Below are positions 52,110-64,000 of a stretch of 64,000 nt of DNA, piece by piece. The notes under the pieces were generated by a model that was given only the letters and a program-made list of their open reading frames with translations, made no database searches and was not told the origin of the DNA. How positions within the stretch are numbered: position 1 is the stretch's first letter; every line of letters begins with the position of its first letter. The translations under genes were made by a program, and so were the position numbers. The DNA is from Octopus sinensis (lineage: Eukaryota): the NCBI RefSeq assembly GCF_006345805.1, contig NW_021833027.1:32867-96866 (forward strand), given 5' to 3'.

Positions 52110-52129
52110 TAGATAGCATAATAGAGATA

Positions 52130-52182
<53 letters not shown>

Positions 52183-52219
52183 AGATAAGCTCAATAGATA
52201 GATAGATAGATAAGCATCA

Positions 52220-52287
<68 letters not shown>

Positions 52288-52296
52288 ATAGATAGG

Positions 52297-52351
<55 letters not shown>

Positions 52352-52403
52352 GTAGATAGATAGATAGATAAGCATCAATAGATAGATAGATAGATAAGCA
52401 TCA

Positions 52404-52461
<58 letters not shown>

Positions 52462-52543
52462 GGATGGATAGACAGACAGACAGACAGACATAGCTAGACA
52501 CATAGAGAGATAGATAGCTAGACACATAGAGAGATAGACAGAC

Positions 52544-52618
<75 letters not shown>

Positions 52619-52700
52619 CAGGCATACAGACAGATAGACAGGTTGATAGACACATAGATAGACAGACAGACAGATAGTTAAATAGATAGACAGAAATAGA
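52030..52700. repeat. Large (GATA)n/(GACA)n array
   Basis: Direct inspection. Confidence 0.95.
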
Positions 52701-52828
52701 TGTATGAGCAGACATCTGACCAAAATCTACACAAACATAATACATGCATACATACACACAAACATGTGTATGTGAAAGCCTCTTATTGTATGCGTGTGGC
52801 AAGTGTGTATGCAAGCGCAAGCTACTTA

Positions 52829-52859
<31 letters not shown>

Positions 52860-53247
52860 TGTGTTACTGTAGTATTTCTGTCCTGTATCTATGGTAATTT
52901 GGGGGGATTTCTTGCAATGCCACAACAGTTCCTTTCATGTGTTCTGATTGGTGAAAGTAGTTTAGCAGTGGTTGCATAGTATGCCCTAGTAGTAGACTGC
53001 TATACATTTAGCTATCTCTATATATGTGCATATGCACATGTGTGTGTGTGTGTATGCATTTAGAAGAGCGCGGAATGTCCATTTAGGTGGATGTGTACGT
53101 GTATATATTATGAGGAATTATATAGCAGTCCAACGCACATCGATCCACTTTGTTGTGATATAAGCGCCATCCTGTAGTATAAATAGGTATATAGATATAT
53201 ATATATATATATACATATGTATATATGCATAAATATGTTTGTATCAT

Positions 53248-53356
53248 CATCATCATCATCATTTAGCGTCCGTTCTCCATGCTAGCATGGGTTGGACGGT
53301 TCTAGCATCCAACCCATGCTAGCATGGAGAACGGACGCTAAATGATGATGATGATG
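53248..53356. repeat. Perfect 49 bp inverted repeat with an 11 nt loop, built from family C 3' tails
   Basis: catcatcatcatcatttagcgtccgttctccatgctagcatgggttgga-cggttctagca-tccaacccatgctagcatggagaacggacgctaaatgatgatgatgatg. Confidence 0.92.
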
Positions 53357-53442
53357 TGTATATATATTATATATATATATCCACTTTGTTGTGATATAAG
53401 CACCATCCTGTAGTATACATAGATATATATACATAAATGTTT

Positions 53443-53478
<36 letters not shown>

Positions 53479-54588
53479 TCACTTTATTGTGATATAAGCA
53501 CCATCCTGTAGTATACATAGGTATATAGATATATATACATATGTATATATGCATAAATGTTTGTATGTGTGTGTGTGTATATATATATATTATGCACACA
53601 TGCAGTGGAAGGTGCCTAGTGGTATTGCTCTGGACAGAGCCTTTTAAGTGACAACTGCTGTCTGATAACATTAAGCAGAGGAGCAACAAACAAGTGCTTG
53701 ATAACATTATCTGATATTATAATAAGGCATCTCCAACAGTAAATGTGTGTGTTTATGTGGGTGCGCATAGTTGTCCATTCAATATGTTATATATGTATCT
53801 ATCTGTCTATTACATGTGTATGTAGTAGTCCGACTGTCGATTTATTCTCTTGTGATACGTAGCATCCTGTGGTATATAATGAATGCATGCATGTGTATAT
53901 AAATATATATATATATACACATATGTGTGTGTATATTATATAAACATATTTACACACCCAGTATATATATGTGTAAGTATTATATAAACATATATATATA
54001 TATATGTATATATCTCAATAATTATTGATATATATATATCTCAATAAAAATAAAAATAAAATAAAATATATATACACACATCCACACACAGTGGAAGATG
54101 CTCGGTGTTATTGCTTTAGGGCAGTGCCTTTTAGATAACAATAACCACCTGATAACATTATACAGAGGCATCACAAACTGGTAGCATTATCTGATATTAT
54201 AATAAGCATATTTAAGCGTGTGTTTGTGTGCATGTGTATTTGTTGTCCATTTAATGCATGTATGTATATGTGAGGGTATGTATGTGTACATTATGCGATG
54301 TATGTAGCAGTCCGACATGTGGCAATGCAGCATGACGAAGAAACGGTGTGGTTTAGCATCAAGTCGGCGCTGATCATGCAGACACCTTTGATCAAAGGCA
54401 GTATTCCAGCTGTGACCATCCTGTCGTTTTTTTCTCCCGAATGTTGAATTGCATTATCCAATGTACTCAGCCTGTTTAAAGATGGCAGCATCGGACATGA
54501 GGGAGATTAGGCTGCTATTTCTAGCATGTCAAGCAACCACATAAAGGCTACAAGGGTACTTTCTAATGGTGAGTGTGCATGTGGATAC

Positions 54589-54631
<43 letters not shown>

Positions 54632-55002
54632 AGATACAGTGTACATATAAACACATGAGGAATTCACTCATGGGATTCAACATGTATATATAAATATATA
54701 CACACACACACATACATGCATGCATGTCATAAAAAATTAAATTGTCTATCAACAATTTCAATGTAAAATAAATACTACTGCTACTATCATCATCATCATC
54801 AGTAGTAGTAGTAGTAGTAATAGCAGCAGCAGCACCACCACCATTTTACTGATGATTAAGTTTGGGACTTGTACTGCATATATTTAGTTAGATTTTTTTT
54901 ATTTTAATTATTTATGCCTAATTATGAAGATAACATTGCAAGTGTGTGAAGTATTATTGATGGAATCGTTAAACATATTGAATACAAAACACGTTATATA
55001 TG

Positions 55003-55033
<31 letters not shown>

Positions 55034-55181
55034 GCATCTATGTCTGTATGTAGTTCATTTAGATGCTAAGCATATACTGTGTGTTTGTATGTGGTGCATG
55101 TTGTGTACTATATATAAAGTACACACACAACACATATATACATGCATGTGTGTATTGTCCATTTAGTTGCAATATAAATGC

Positions 55182-55227
<46 letters not shown>

Positions 55228-55298
55228 GTAGTTGACCATGTGTGGGCACAGCATATCAACGCATGCATAGAAGAGTAAGCATGTATGTAGAGAGGTGT

Positions 55299-55336
<38 letters not shown>

Positions 55337-55598
55337 ACTCAAAATATGCAACAAGGATATCCAAGGTAGTATATCCAAGGTTGTTGCTTATTTTGATTAT
55401 AATCACCCCATTTGATTTATATGGATAATACCATACCAAATTCTGGTGCCTTTAACTTAAGTACCATATTCATCTGAATATATATATACATATATATATA
55501 CGTGTTTGTAGTCCATTTAGTACTTCTAGCAACACAGTAGTGTGTAGATGTTTAATGTTTTTGAACAGTCTACATGTGTTTATGTTTATGAGAGGGAT

Positions 55599-55966
55599 GG
55601 CACAGGTGTGGCTGTGTGGTAAGAAGTTTGCTTCCCAACCACATGGTTCCAGGTTCAGTCCCACGGTGTGACACCTTGGGCAAGTATCTTCTGCTATAAC
55701 CTCGAGCCACCAAAGCCTTGTGAGTGGTGTTGGTAGATGTCAAATATATATATATATATATACATACACATACATATACGTGTCTTTGTGTCTGTAGGTC
55801 TCCCTCATCAGCACCTGATAACTTGTGTTGGTTTGTTTGCATCTGTATAGCTTAGTGGTTCAGCTAAAAAAAAATGGTAGAATAAGTACTGGGCTTCATT
55901 TGTTCAATTAAAACCCAAGTTGGTGCTCCAGCATGGCCACAGTCAATTGACTGAAACAAATGAAAG
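55599..55966 (+). mobile_element. SINE family A copy
   Basis: Head, CORE-like segment and tail are recognisable. Confidence 0.8.
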
Positions 55967-56961
55967 CTAGAAGATATACATATATTTACACATATATAAG
56001 ATGTGTCTGTGTGTGTATGTGTGTGTGTTAAAAAGCACTCATTACACTCTCAGAGTGATTGGCATTAGGAAGGGCATCCAGCTGTAGAAACTATGCCAAA
56101 TCAGATTGGAACCTGGTGCAGCTCTCCAGCTAACCAGTTCCTGTCAAACCGTCTAACCCATGCCAGCATGGAAAGCAGTCGTTAAATGATGATTATGATG
56201 ATATGTGAATGTATAACGAGTGTATAGAAGAGCTTGTGTGAGTGTGTGTATATATATATATAAAAGCATCTATGTATGTATGTATGTGTGCCCATACAAA
56301 ATAACTGTTTGTCGACATGATTTGCTACAAGTTCACGAGGGCATACAACTGAAATCTCTTGGATATCCATATATAATTAACTATTAACAGGCACAGGCGA
56401 AGGTTTGGTGACAGGAAGAGCATCTGACAACTGAAAACTTGGATGGTGTATGACAATGATAATAGATGATGATGTATGTATGTATGTATGAATCTATGTG
56501 AAACATCCTTATTTTGGTTTCAGCCAGTCCACCATGGCCATGCTGGAGCACTGCATGTTCGGGTTATAGTTGATGACCAAGTGTACAAGGAACTGGATCA
56601 GAAGTTCATGTGCTATCACCAGTGCTAAATCATTGGCATCCAAGATATTCAACTCTCAATTGGCTAAGTCCACCAAGCTAGGAACCACCAGAGTACAGAG
56701 TTGCCAATCAGCAGCCCTGGTTTTATTGTTTAAGTCTCATTACAGTGTTTGTGGCACACCTATGAATGAAAACTATTCCAGCCATGACTACCCTGGTCTT
56801 TTTTGTTTCCTCAGACTTTTTCGCACAAATGTTAAGAACTTCAGGATGCACCTGATGGGCCAGTAGAATTTCACTGGAAAATAGGGGTTGAACAGTTTGA
56901 CAGGAGATGACGAATGGGAGAGCTGCACCGGGTTCCAGTTGTCTGTTTTAGAAACCTTAAG

Positions 56962-57350
56962 AACCTTGCTGCCCAACCACAAGGTTCTGGGTTCGGTCCC
57001 ACTTTGAAACACCTTGGGCAAGTGTCTTCCACTATAGCATTGGGACAACCAAAGCCTGTGAGTGGATTTGTATGATGGAAACTGAAAGAAGCCCATCATA
57101 TATATATATATATGATGGGCTTCTTTGTGTGTGTGGTGTGTGTGTGTTTGTGTGTCCATCCGTCATTGCTTGACAACCAATGCTGGTGTGTTTATGTCCC
57201 TGTAACTTTGCGGTTTGGCAAAAGAGACCAATAGAATATGTATTGGGCTTACAAAGAATAAGTCCTGGGGACGATTTCTTCGACTAAAACCCTTCAAGGG
57301 TGTGTGCACCAGTATGGCCGCAGTCAAATGACTGAAACAAGTAAAAGAAC
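56962..57350 (+). mobile_element. SINE family A copy
   Basis: ccaaccacaaggttctgggttcggtcc...ccttgggcaagtgtcttcc...atgactgaaacaagtaaaag. Confidence 0.8.
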
Positions 57351-57915
57351 AGAAGAATAAAACTGACGATTGGAACCTGGTGTTGCCCTCTGGCGGCTTT
57401 ATCAGCTTTCATCAAGACTGTCCAACCCATGCCAGCATGGAAAACAGACATTAAACAATGATGATGATTATAACGATGATGAATGGAGGTGATGATGACA
57501 ATGAAAACAACAAGAATAGTTTCTAATTTAGGGACACAGTGAGCTATTTTGAGGGGAGGGAGAAAGTCAATTATCCCAACCTCAGCACATGACTGGTATT
57601 TTATTTAGGTGAAAGGCAAAGTTGCTCTTAGCAGGATTTGAACTCAAAACTAAAGAGTCAGAAGAAATGTTGCTAAGCATCTTATCCAATTCTTCATAAT
57701 TGCTTCAAATTTTAGCACAAGGCCAGCAATTTCAAGAGGATGGGATAGTCAATTACATTAACCTCAGTACGTGACTGGTACTTTACATTAAGGTCTTTGA
57801 AACGACAAACAGCAAAGTTGATCTCAACTGGATTTGAACTAAGAACGTAAAGAAAAGTGGCAGAACAAATACCACAAGGTATTTATTTTGCCCAGCACTT
57901 TAAAAATTCTGTCAG

Positions 57916-58107
57916 CAAGTTGCCCAACAGATTAGGGGACATTACAGGGATAGGTTACAGAAAGGGTACAGGCCTAGAAATCAGGTGAAAAAGGAAGAAG
58001 AAACCAGAGAAAAGGTAATTTACAAATGTGTTCCCAAGTTTTCAGAGTGGACTACCACCTTGGGGCCAATCAAGATTACCATGACCATCAAGGATAAATA
58101 TACTCTT
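57916..58107 (+). other. Possible plus-strand coding exon of unknown identity (QVAQQIRGHYRDRLQKGYRPRNQVKKEEETREKVIYKCVPKFSEWTTTLGPIKITMTIKDKYTL)
   Basis: Acceptor-like ttctgtcag|CAA, a 64-codon open frame, and donor CTT|GTAAGT at 58108 (alternative AAG|GTAATT at 58015). No recognised homology. Confidence 0.2.
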
Positions 58108-58456
58108 GTAAGTTGTCTGTCTCCACTCTACACTTAAATTAGTTTATAGTTATGATTGTAATTACTGCTAATTAGCGAGCAACAGACCAAGGTAAATAGA
58201 GAACTGCTGTGACCTTGACAAAAAGGTCACCACTAGGAATAATAGAAAGTCTGGATGCTTGCGTTTGTGTGTGTGTATATCTTATTTATGTATTCATATA
58301 TGTGTGTGTGAGTGTGTATTGGATACAATTAGTGTGGAAGCATATGTATATATGAATATACATTCTTCATGTTTGAGTTTATAAACATCTCTGCATGTGT
58401 CTGTGTATAATATATATACATAATACAAAACAAAGTACTATATATATATATATATA

Positions 58457-58848
58457 CTCTTTTACTTGTTTCAGTCATTTGACTGCGGCCATGCTGGAGT
58501 ACCACCTTTAGTCGAGCAAATCGACCCCAGGACTTATTCTTTGTAAGCCCAGTACTTATTCTATCAGACTCTTTTGCCGAACTGCTAAGTGACAGGGACG
58601 TAAACACACCAGCATCGGTTGTCAAGCAATGCTAGGGGGACAAACACAGACACACAAACACATATACACACATATATATATACATATATACGACAGGCTT
58701 CTTTCAGTTTCTGTCTACCAAATCCACTCACAAGGCATTGGTCAGCCCGAAGCTATAGCAGAAGACACTTGCCCAAGATGCCATGCAGTGGGACTGAACC
58801 CGGAACCATGTGGTTGGTTAGCAAGCTACTTACCACACAGCCACTCCT
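58457..58848 (-). mobile_element. Full-length SINE family A copy
   Basis: Colinear with 364-770. Confidence 0.88.
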
Positions 58849-59121
58849 ATATGTGTGTGTTTTTTAAGTCTGTCTGAAGAACAAGTCTTGTCCTGGTACT
58901 GCATATTCTAACATTCAACATAATAATAATAATTATCGATCACCCCACTCCTCCATTCCCCACCCCACCCCACCTCCCAAACAACAACAACAACAACAGC
59001 CACAAGCACAAAAACCGGAAACAAAAGAAAGAAAGAAAACTGAAAGTGACGTGTGAAGTGTCTGACACTGGGAGGAAACTGGACCTGATGGTATTGGCTA
59101 GTAGTAGTAGTAGCAGCAGTA

Positions 59122-59161
<40 letters not shown>

Positions 59162-59491
59162 CAGTAGTAGAAGAAGTAGTAGTAGTAGTAGTAGTAAGAC
59201 TTAGTTGTAGAAAGTGTTGTTGGTGGAGGTGGAGGTGATGGTAGTGGTGGCAGTAGGTAGTGTCGATTGCAGCAGGAGTGATAGAGATGGTGGTGGTGGT
59301 GGTGGTTTTAGTAGTAGTAATGACAGTAGTAGTAGTGGTGGTGTTTCTAATAACAGGAGTGATTATGATGGTGGTAGTGATGGCTGTGGTAGTCACAGCT
59401 AAAGTAGTAGTAATAATGTAGGTAGTAGTACTTTGTCAATACAAGTACGTTTAGAAACTCATTAAAATATACTACAAGTAGTAGCAGCAGC

Positions 59492-59529
<38 letters not shown>

Positions 59530-59816
59530 AGTAAGAGATAGTAGTTTTGGTGGTAGTTTGACAGTAGGAGCATTTGCACAAATACCTTAACAATGTACTA
59601 ATACTACAATTGATAGTAGTGTAGGTTGGTAGTGGTTGTGGTGGTAGTCACACCAGTAATAATAGTAGTTGCTGTGGTGGTAGTGGTGGTGGTGGTGGTG
59701 TTTTGTAATATTAGAATTAGCAGTTTTTTCAATACAAGCATATTTACAACTAGTTTATTAACAATGTAGTAGTAGTAGTAGTAGTGATGGTGGTAGTGGT
59801 GATGGTAGTGGTGGTG

Positions 59817-59850
<34 letters not shown>

Positions 59851-61049
59851 CGGTGGTGGTGGTGGTGGGGTTTTTTCCCTGCACTATGTCCACATTTACA
59901 ACCAGTACCATGTTAATATAACAAACAGACAAGCCAAGGTCAGGAAACACTACGTGGTCAGTTGCCATGCTAGAAGTAGCAGCAACGAAATTTCCCGCCA
60001 CCACCACCACCAAAACACGAAATACAAAGAGTAATTAACGTAGTCCTAAACACACAAAATTCAGAGTGTAAAAGACCGGGGGCGGGGGGGGGACGGTCGT
60101 CCAATCGAGACAGACCTGGGGTTAAAGAAAAACAACAACAACAACAACGATAATTATATCAATAATATCAACAGTGGCAGGAATATTCACAGCAGCAGCA
60201 GAAGATGCTGTTTTTCGCCATATGTGAAGATCATCCCGTCTCTTTTAGCGATATACATTTATTCGTGTGTTTATATTTGTGTTCTCTAGGGTGTGAATTT
60301 GTAAGAGATTTAGCTGCTATTTCAAGCAGGCTGAGAGACGATGTAAGGGCTCCATGATTATTACTACTATCATAAAGATGGTGGTGATAATGTGTTAGCA
60401 ATGAGTATTGAAGAACGGAAGGAGGAAGACAAACTGGTTAACGGTATCGAGCTAGCTACACACACACTTAAACGGAAAAGTATGTATTAAATTGATGATG
60501 ATGATAATAATGATGATAATGATGATGATGTGTTAAGCTAATATATTTGTTAAAACTCGTTTTTTCCTCTGTTTTCTTTCGCTTTGTGTTCGTAATACGA
60601 AATGCATGCAAATTGGTACACAAGCAATATCAACGCATGCTTTCACTAGAGACAACCACACCTAGTTTCTTTTTTGGTTGGGGGTCTAACATGCCAGATA
60701 TAAAATATAAACAATTATGTACAAACACACACATCACAATACATAGGAGAGAAGAAAAAAAAAGGGAAAAGCACAAATTTATAATGACAGTTCTTGTGCT
60801 TCAAGACAGACCTGGGGGGTAAACAATCTTTAATTCTTCAACGACTTTGTTATCCTACATGATGCATTGTTATGAGGCTCTTAAATTTTGACAGCAACTA
60901 TATTAAATATCAGAATGTCTGTGTAGATGCGAGATACCTCAACACCTGGACAGAACATCAACATTCTATTAGTAGTCACATACTTCCCCCAAAAGTTGAC
61001 TGCACTTTAGTAAGTCAAAGCAATTCTGAAGAATGGTCTGAACCAACAC

Positions 61050-62400
61050 GACACAGATATATTTTACACAACAATGTAATACACTACACCTTGTTGATAC
61101 AAGAATGATATGTTATCACCTTTATAAATACAACAGCAATCTGCTGACATCCACTTGGCACTGTAACAATAATTTAACATGTAACAGTGATCTAGTTTCT
61201 ACAGATATCTTTGCATTGTTTTGCTGATACAACAGAGATGTGCCAATATGCTGTTGTACAACAGCGATATCTTAACATTTTGAAGACAGAACAGAGATAA
61301 TGCCAACATTTGGTCAATATGAGAGCATTATGCTAACAGCCTGGTTAATACACAATATGCCAACACCTTGTCAATACAAGAGCAATGTGTCATTATCTTG
61401 TTGATACAAGAGTGATATGCTAAAAGTTGTTGATACAAAAGCGATATGCCAAAATCTTGTAGGTTTGTTCCTTCTTGAGCCATGCCTGGCTCATTAGGGC
61501 CGGTTTCCCCGGTTTCCTTGGTGCATAGGTTCCCCACCTGGACAGGAAGCCGGTCCATCGCAGGTGAGCTGCAAGATGCAGGAAGAAAGAGTGAGAGAAA
61601 GTTGTGATGGAAAGAGTCAGCAGAAGTTTCGCCATTAACTTCTGTTGGAGCCATGTGGAGCTTAGGTGTTTCACTCATAAACACACATATCGCCCAGTAT
61701 AAGATTTAAACCCGCGATCCCTCGACCACGAGTCTGCTGCTCTAACCACTAGGCCATGTGCCTCCACAAAATCCTGTAGGTACAACAGTGATATACCAAG
61801 ATCTTGTCAATATGTGAGTGATATATTAAAAGCTTCATAATACAAGGGTTAAGATGACAAAACATTGTTTGATAAGAGAGCAATAGGCTATCGTCTTGAT
61901 ACAACAGTATTAAAGCAACAGTTTGTTGATGCAAGGGTATATGCTAACAGCTTGGTATAACAATATTAGCCCTTTTGTATTCAGATTACCTTATCAAATG
62001 TATTGTTTATTCATTCACATTGTATTGAATTAATCATGCGTTGTCGTGAAGCATTGAGATTTCAATGGTGTGATTGTTTATTTTAAAATGACATTGTAGG
62101 GTAGGTGTGAAAGACGAGATCTGGTTAGTCTGAACATAAAACATAAAAGAATATTTTGCCCAGATACGGCCGGTGGTTTAAATGCTAGAGAGTTACGTCG
62201 ACATCTTACTGATATGATGAGAGCAGTATGCTACTCTGTCAATACAACAGCAATATCCTATCGCCCTGTCAATACAAAAGCGATATACACCATGTTGATA
62301 CAACACTGATAAGCTCTAGGTCAATTCAAACACGACAGTTCAAATCAATACAAGAGCAGTATAAAAATATACCAATTTCTAAGTGATATTCAATACCTTA
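61050..62400. repeat. Old degenerate about 30 bp minisatellite (ttgttgatacaagagtgatatgctaacagc-like)
   Basis: Recurring gatacaa/cagcgatat/gccaaca motifs, interrupted by a SINE. Confidence 0.75.
61465..61767 (-). mobile_element. tRNA-derived SINE (303 bp) with a 14 bp TSD
   Basis: Minus-strand head gtggaggcacatggcctagtggttagagcagc. TSD AAAATCTTGTAGGT (61451-61464) and AAAATCCTGTAGGT (61768-61781). Confidence 0.85.
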
Positions 62401-62779
62401 ACAACAAACTAATAGCATAATGTAAACATAACATCCCTGCTACTGTACCTTTTCTGTGTATATACACGTTACCTTATTCATACAATAGAAGTACATGTTA
62501 TTTACACAACAGCCACACATGCTGTCTTACACAGCAGACATGCATGTTTTGTTTATAAAAAAGCTACATGTTGACTTATTGCACAATAGAGATACATGCC
62601 ATCTTATTAACACATGCTGTCTTATTTACACAAGGGAAAGTGAGATAAGCTTTCTTAGTTACATAATCGATGAGGGCCAATTGCTATGTCTACATAATAC
62701 TCATATGCATTACTCTATTTACACAATAGTGAAACAAGTTATTTACATGGTATTGATATATATATATATATATATATAC

Positions 62780-62957
62780 TTTATTTAAAAGCAGCCGAAA
62801 TTTAACAAAAGCTGTTACTCGGAGTTTCACATGAAACTCCGAGTAACAGCTTTTGTTAAATTTCTGCTACTTTTAAATAAAGCATATTACTCTACCTCTG
62901 GTATTTGAGTACTCTTTTTCCCATCTTGTTTCACATTTATGTGTTTACTCTGGTATA
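62780..62957. mobile_element. Second copy of the fold-back element seen at 4271, with a shorter palindrome
   Basis: tttatttaaaagcagccgaaatttaacaaaagctgttactcggagtttca-ca-tgaaactccgagtaacagc..., followed by the same gcatattactctac tail. Confidence 0.75.
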
Positions 62958-63159
62958 TCCCACTACACTCACGGAGTGGTTGGCGTTAAGAAGGGCATCC
63001 AGCCATAGAAACACTGCCAGATCAGACTGGGCCTGGCGCAGCCTTCTGGCTTCCCAGACCCCAGTTGAACCATCCAACCCATGCTAGCATGGAAAACAGA
63101 CGTAACGATGATGATGATATTATATATATTATATATATATAATATATATATATATATAT

Positions 63160-63336
63160 GAAGGCGCATGGCTCAGTGGTTAGAGCGTCGAGCTTACGAT
63201 CATGAGGTTGTGAGTTCGAATCTCGGACCAGGCTGCGTCCAACACTTTATTTCGTGTTGCTCCAGTTTACTCAGCTGTAGAAATGAGTTGCGACGTCACA
63301 GGTGCCAAGCTGTATCGGCCTTTGCCTTTCCCTTGA
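63160..63336 (+). mobile_element. tRNA-derived SINE (fourth family)
   Basis: gaaggcgcatggctcagtggttagagcg (A box), gagttcgaatc (B box), then a non-tRNA body. Confidence 0.7.
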
Positions 63337-64000
63337 CTCATTGGCTCAAAATGGTATATGCCATTCCATGAGATGGAGTAGCACCATTTTGTTGTCAAAA
63401 TAGTAAAATTTCTCTCTACTGGATCTAACAAAGCAAAAACAAGAAACCATATTTGTTTTTGATTCTTTAAAGTTTCTTAAAAATGATGAAAAGCAAGAAT
63501 TTTTTTTTTTTTTGTAAAATACAAAAAAAAAAAAAAAAAGCTGATTTCATTTCATCTTAGCAGTTCTTGCATTTCACTGATGCTCCAAATACTCTTGGGA
63601 AGATATGAAAACATCTTATTTTTCCCCTCTTCTCAAAACAAAATCTTGTACTAAGGTCAACAGACGCCAACATTTCAAAAAGTTAATTTCTTAACAACGC
63701 AAAGGATTACTTTGCACAAACTGTAAACAAAAGCAAGGAAAATCTTTTTGCGTTATCAAAAATTGAAGCATTTGGGCGTATTACACATTGCTGGTGTAAC
63801 ATTTCCACAGGATTTGGTGCCTATTTCCTAAAGAATGCATTAAGTGCCAAGTGAATAAGATTTACCGAAACTGAGATCCTCTCTTTCTATCATTTAACAT
63901 CCATTTCCCAAGCTGGCATCAGTTGAGCTGCACCACATGCAAATGTCTGCTCTGGCATGGTTTTTAGAGCTGGATGCCCTTCCCAATGCTAACCACATCA

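Noticed and set aside
61328-61684. ORFs of 118 aa and 84 aa
   Set aside because: They lie within the TSD-flanked SINE and the adjacent minisatellite.

Overview
AT-rich, microsatellite-saturated eukaryotic DNA, most likely from a cephalopod (Octopus). That assignment is an inference from the repeat landscape: two very abundant tRNA-derived SINE families, RTE-LINE tails, Penelope-like fragments, and (TA)n/(CAT)n/(GATA)n arrays. Almost all ORFs in the supplied track are microsatellite artefacts. The one well-supported coding feature is a minus-strand internal exon at 6529-6743 with canonical splice sites. It encodes a complete BH3 motif (IGQELRRISDEY) preceded by an Akt/14-3-3-type site (RDRAHSLP), the motif layout of the BH3-only death agonist BAD. 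Its 5' exon(s) could not be identified, and its last exon and 3'UTR are only tentatively placed (about 5.2-6.4 kb). The rest of the window holds: SINEs (two with clear target-site duplications); a decayed RTE reverse-transcriptase fragment; Penelope-like ends carrying minimal type I hammerhead ribozyme motifs; Tc1/mariner and hAT MITEs; many fold-back palindromes; several degenerate minisatellites; a 1.64 kb tandem duplication that looks like an assembly artefact; and a few CpG/TF-motif islands. No rRNA, intact tRNA, CRISPR array or prokaryotic gene was found.
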